Origin: Conidiobolus incongruus B7586
Lineage: Eukaryota
Length of the DNA stretch: 38,840 nucleotides
Assembly (NCBI GenBank): GCA_000697335.1
Contig: JNEM01010535.1
Location: 1-38,840, forward strand
Reading direction: 5' to 3'
Made by a program: the position numbers and the translations under genes
Part shown: piece after piece, positions 38,374 through 38,840 of the stretch
How the letters are laid out: every line of letters begins with the position of its first letter
How positions within the stretch are numbered: the stretch's first letter is position 1
The notes under the pieces: generated by a model
Told to the model about the DNA's origin: nothing
The model's database searches: none
What the model saw: the letters and a program-made list of their open reading frames with translations, nothing else

Positions 38374-38774
38374 TATAAGTGTAGTGGTAGTTAAACTAAT
38401 ATAGTATAGAGGAAAACTTAATATAAAAGTAGTGTGGCACAGAACATGGTAATATAATGTAGCTGTAGCATGCAAGTGTAAACAAAGTTTAATTAAGCTT
38501 CAAACTAGGATGAGTCACTGATATATTAAGATTTATATTAGGTAGTGCCAATATCCTACAATATTAATAGAATATAGTCTCAATCTTAGAAATAGTGTAA
38601 AAGTAAAAAATAGTAAGAATTAAGAGGAAAAAAAGAGGAACCTAGTTTATTAAATAATTTAATACTATTTATACAATTAATTTAACTATATAAGTATAAA
38701 TTAATCATATAATTTATAGTTAATTAGATTATATGAAAATATATATAAGAATTTAGAGAACTAGTCTCTTAACA
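38374..38774 (-). repeat. 5' LTR (401 bp)
   Basis: TATAAGTGTAGT...CTCTTAACA; the inner terminal TG is itself mutated to TA relative to the other LTR. Confidence 0.96.
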
Positions 38775-38779
38775 AATTT
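38775..38779. repeat. Right 5-bp target-site duplication AATTT
   Basis: Identical to 33054-33058. Confidence 0.85.
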
Positions 38780-38840
38780 TATATTATATATATATTTTTA
38801 TATATTATATATTAAAATATTTATTAATTTTAACTATATA

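Larger units (their letters stand above)
33059..38774 (-). mobile_element. Full-length, inactivated Ty3/Gypsy LTR retrotransposon (chromovirus), 5716 bp
   Basis: Two ~400-bp direct repeats, outer TG...CA termini, 5-bp TSD, PBS and PPT. Minus-strand domain order is gag-PR-RT-RNaseH-IN-chromodomain. Confidence 0.97.

Noticed and set aside
33059..38774. Sequencing or assembly error, or bisulfite-like artefact, as the source of the transitions
   Set aside because: Changes occur as both C>T and G>A, are confined to the repeat, differ between the two LTRs, and adjacent long ORFs are clean.
33059..38774. Dating the insertion from ~6-7% LTR divergence
   Set aside because: Divergence is all directed transitions, so a neutral clock does not apply. 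Zero transversions suggests a younger insertion than the raw figure implies.

Overview
Eukaryotic, fungal genomic DNA with very AT-rich intergenic regions and short GT-AG introns, mostly ~47-70 nt. An early-diverging, non-Dikarya fungus is my inference and is not proven. There are six intact genes: intronless 1,3-beta-glucan synthase FKS1 (-), fused biotin gene BIO3-BIO1 (+), VPS4 (+), mitochondrial processing peptidase alpha MAS2 (+), a divergent eIF2B-delta/GCD2 (-) and a TTC14-like TPR protein (+). The window also holds an EME1/MMS4-like pseudogene and several weaker gene relics. The right end (33059-38774), nearly invisible in the ORF track, is a complete Ty3/Gypsy chromovirus on the minus strand, with LTRs, an AATTT target-site duplication, PBS, PPT and gag-PR-RT-RNaseH-IN-chromodomain in one reading frame. 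It was inactivated almost purely by C>T/G>A transitions. By hand alignment the two LTRs differ by 26 transitions and 0 transversions, all three RT catalytic Asp codons now read Asn, and I found no CpG in the last ~7 kb. Neighbouring single-copy genes are untouched. This is the signature of a repeat-targeted, RIP-like or methylation-deamination genome-defence system with a broad context (CpG exhausted, then CpA > CpT > CpC), in a lineage that may lie outside those where RIP is established. All counts and gene models were made by eye and need computational confirmation.
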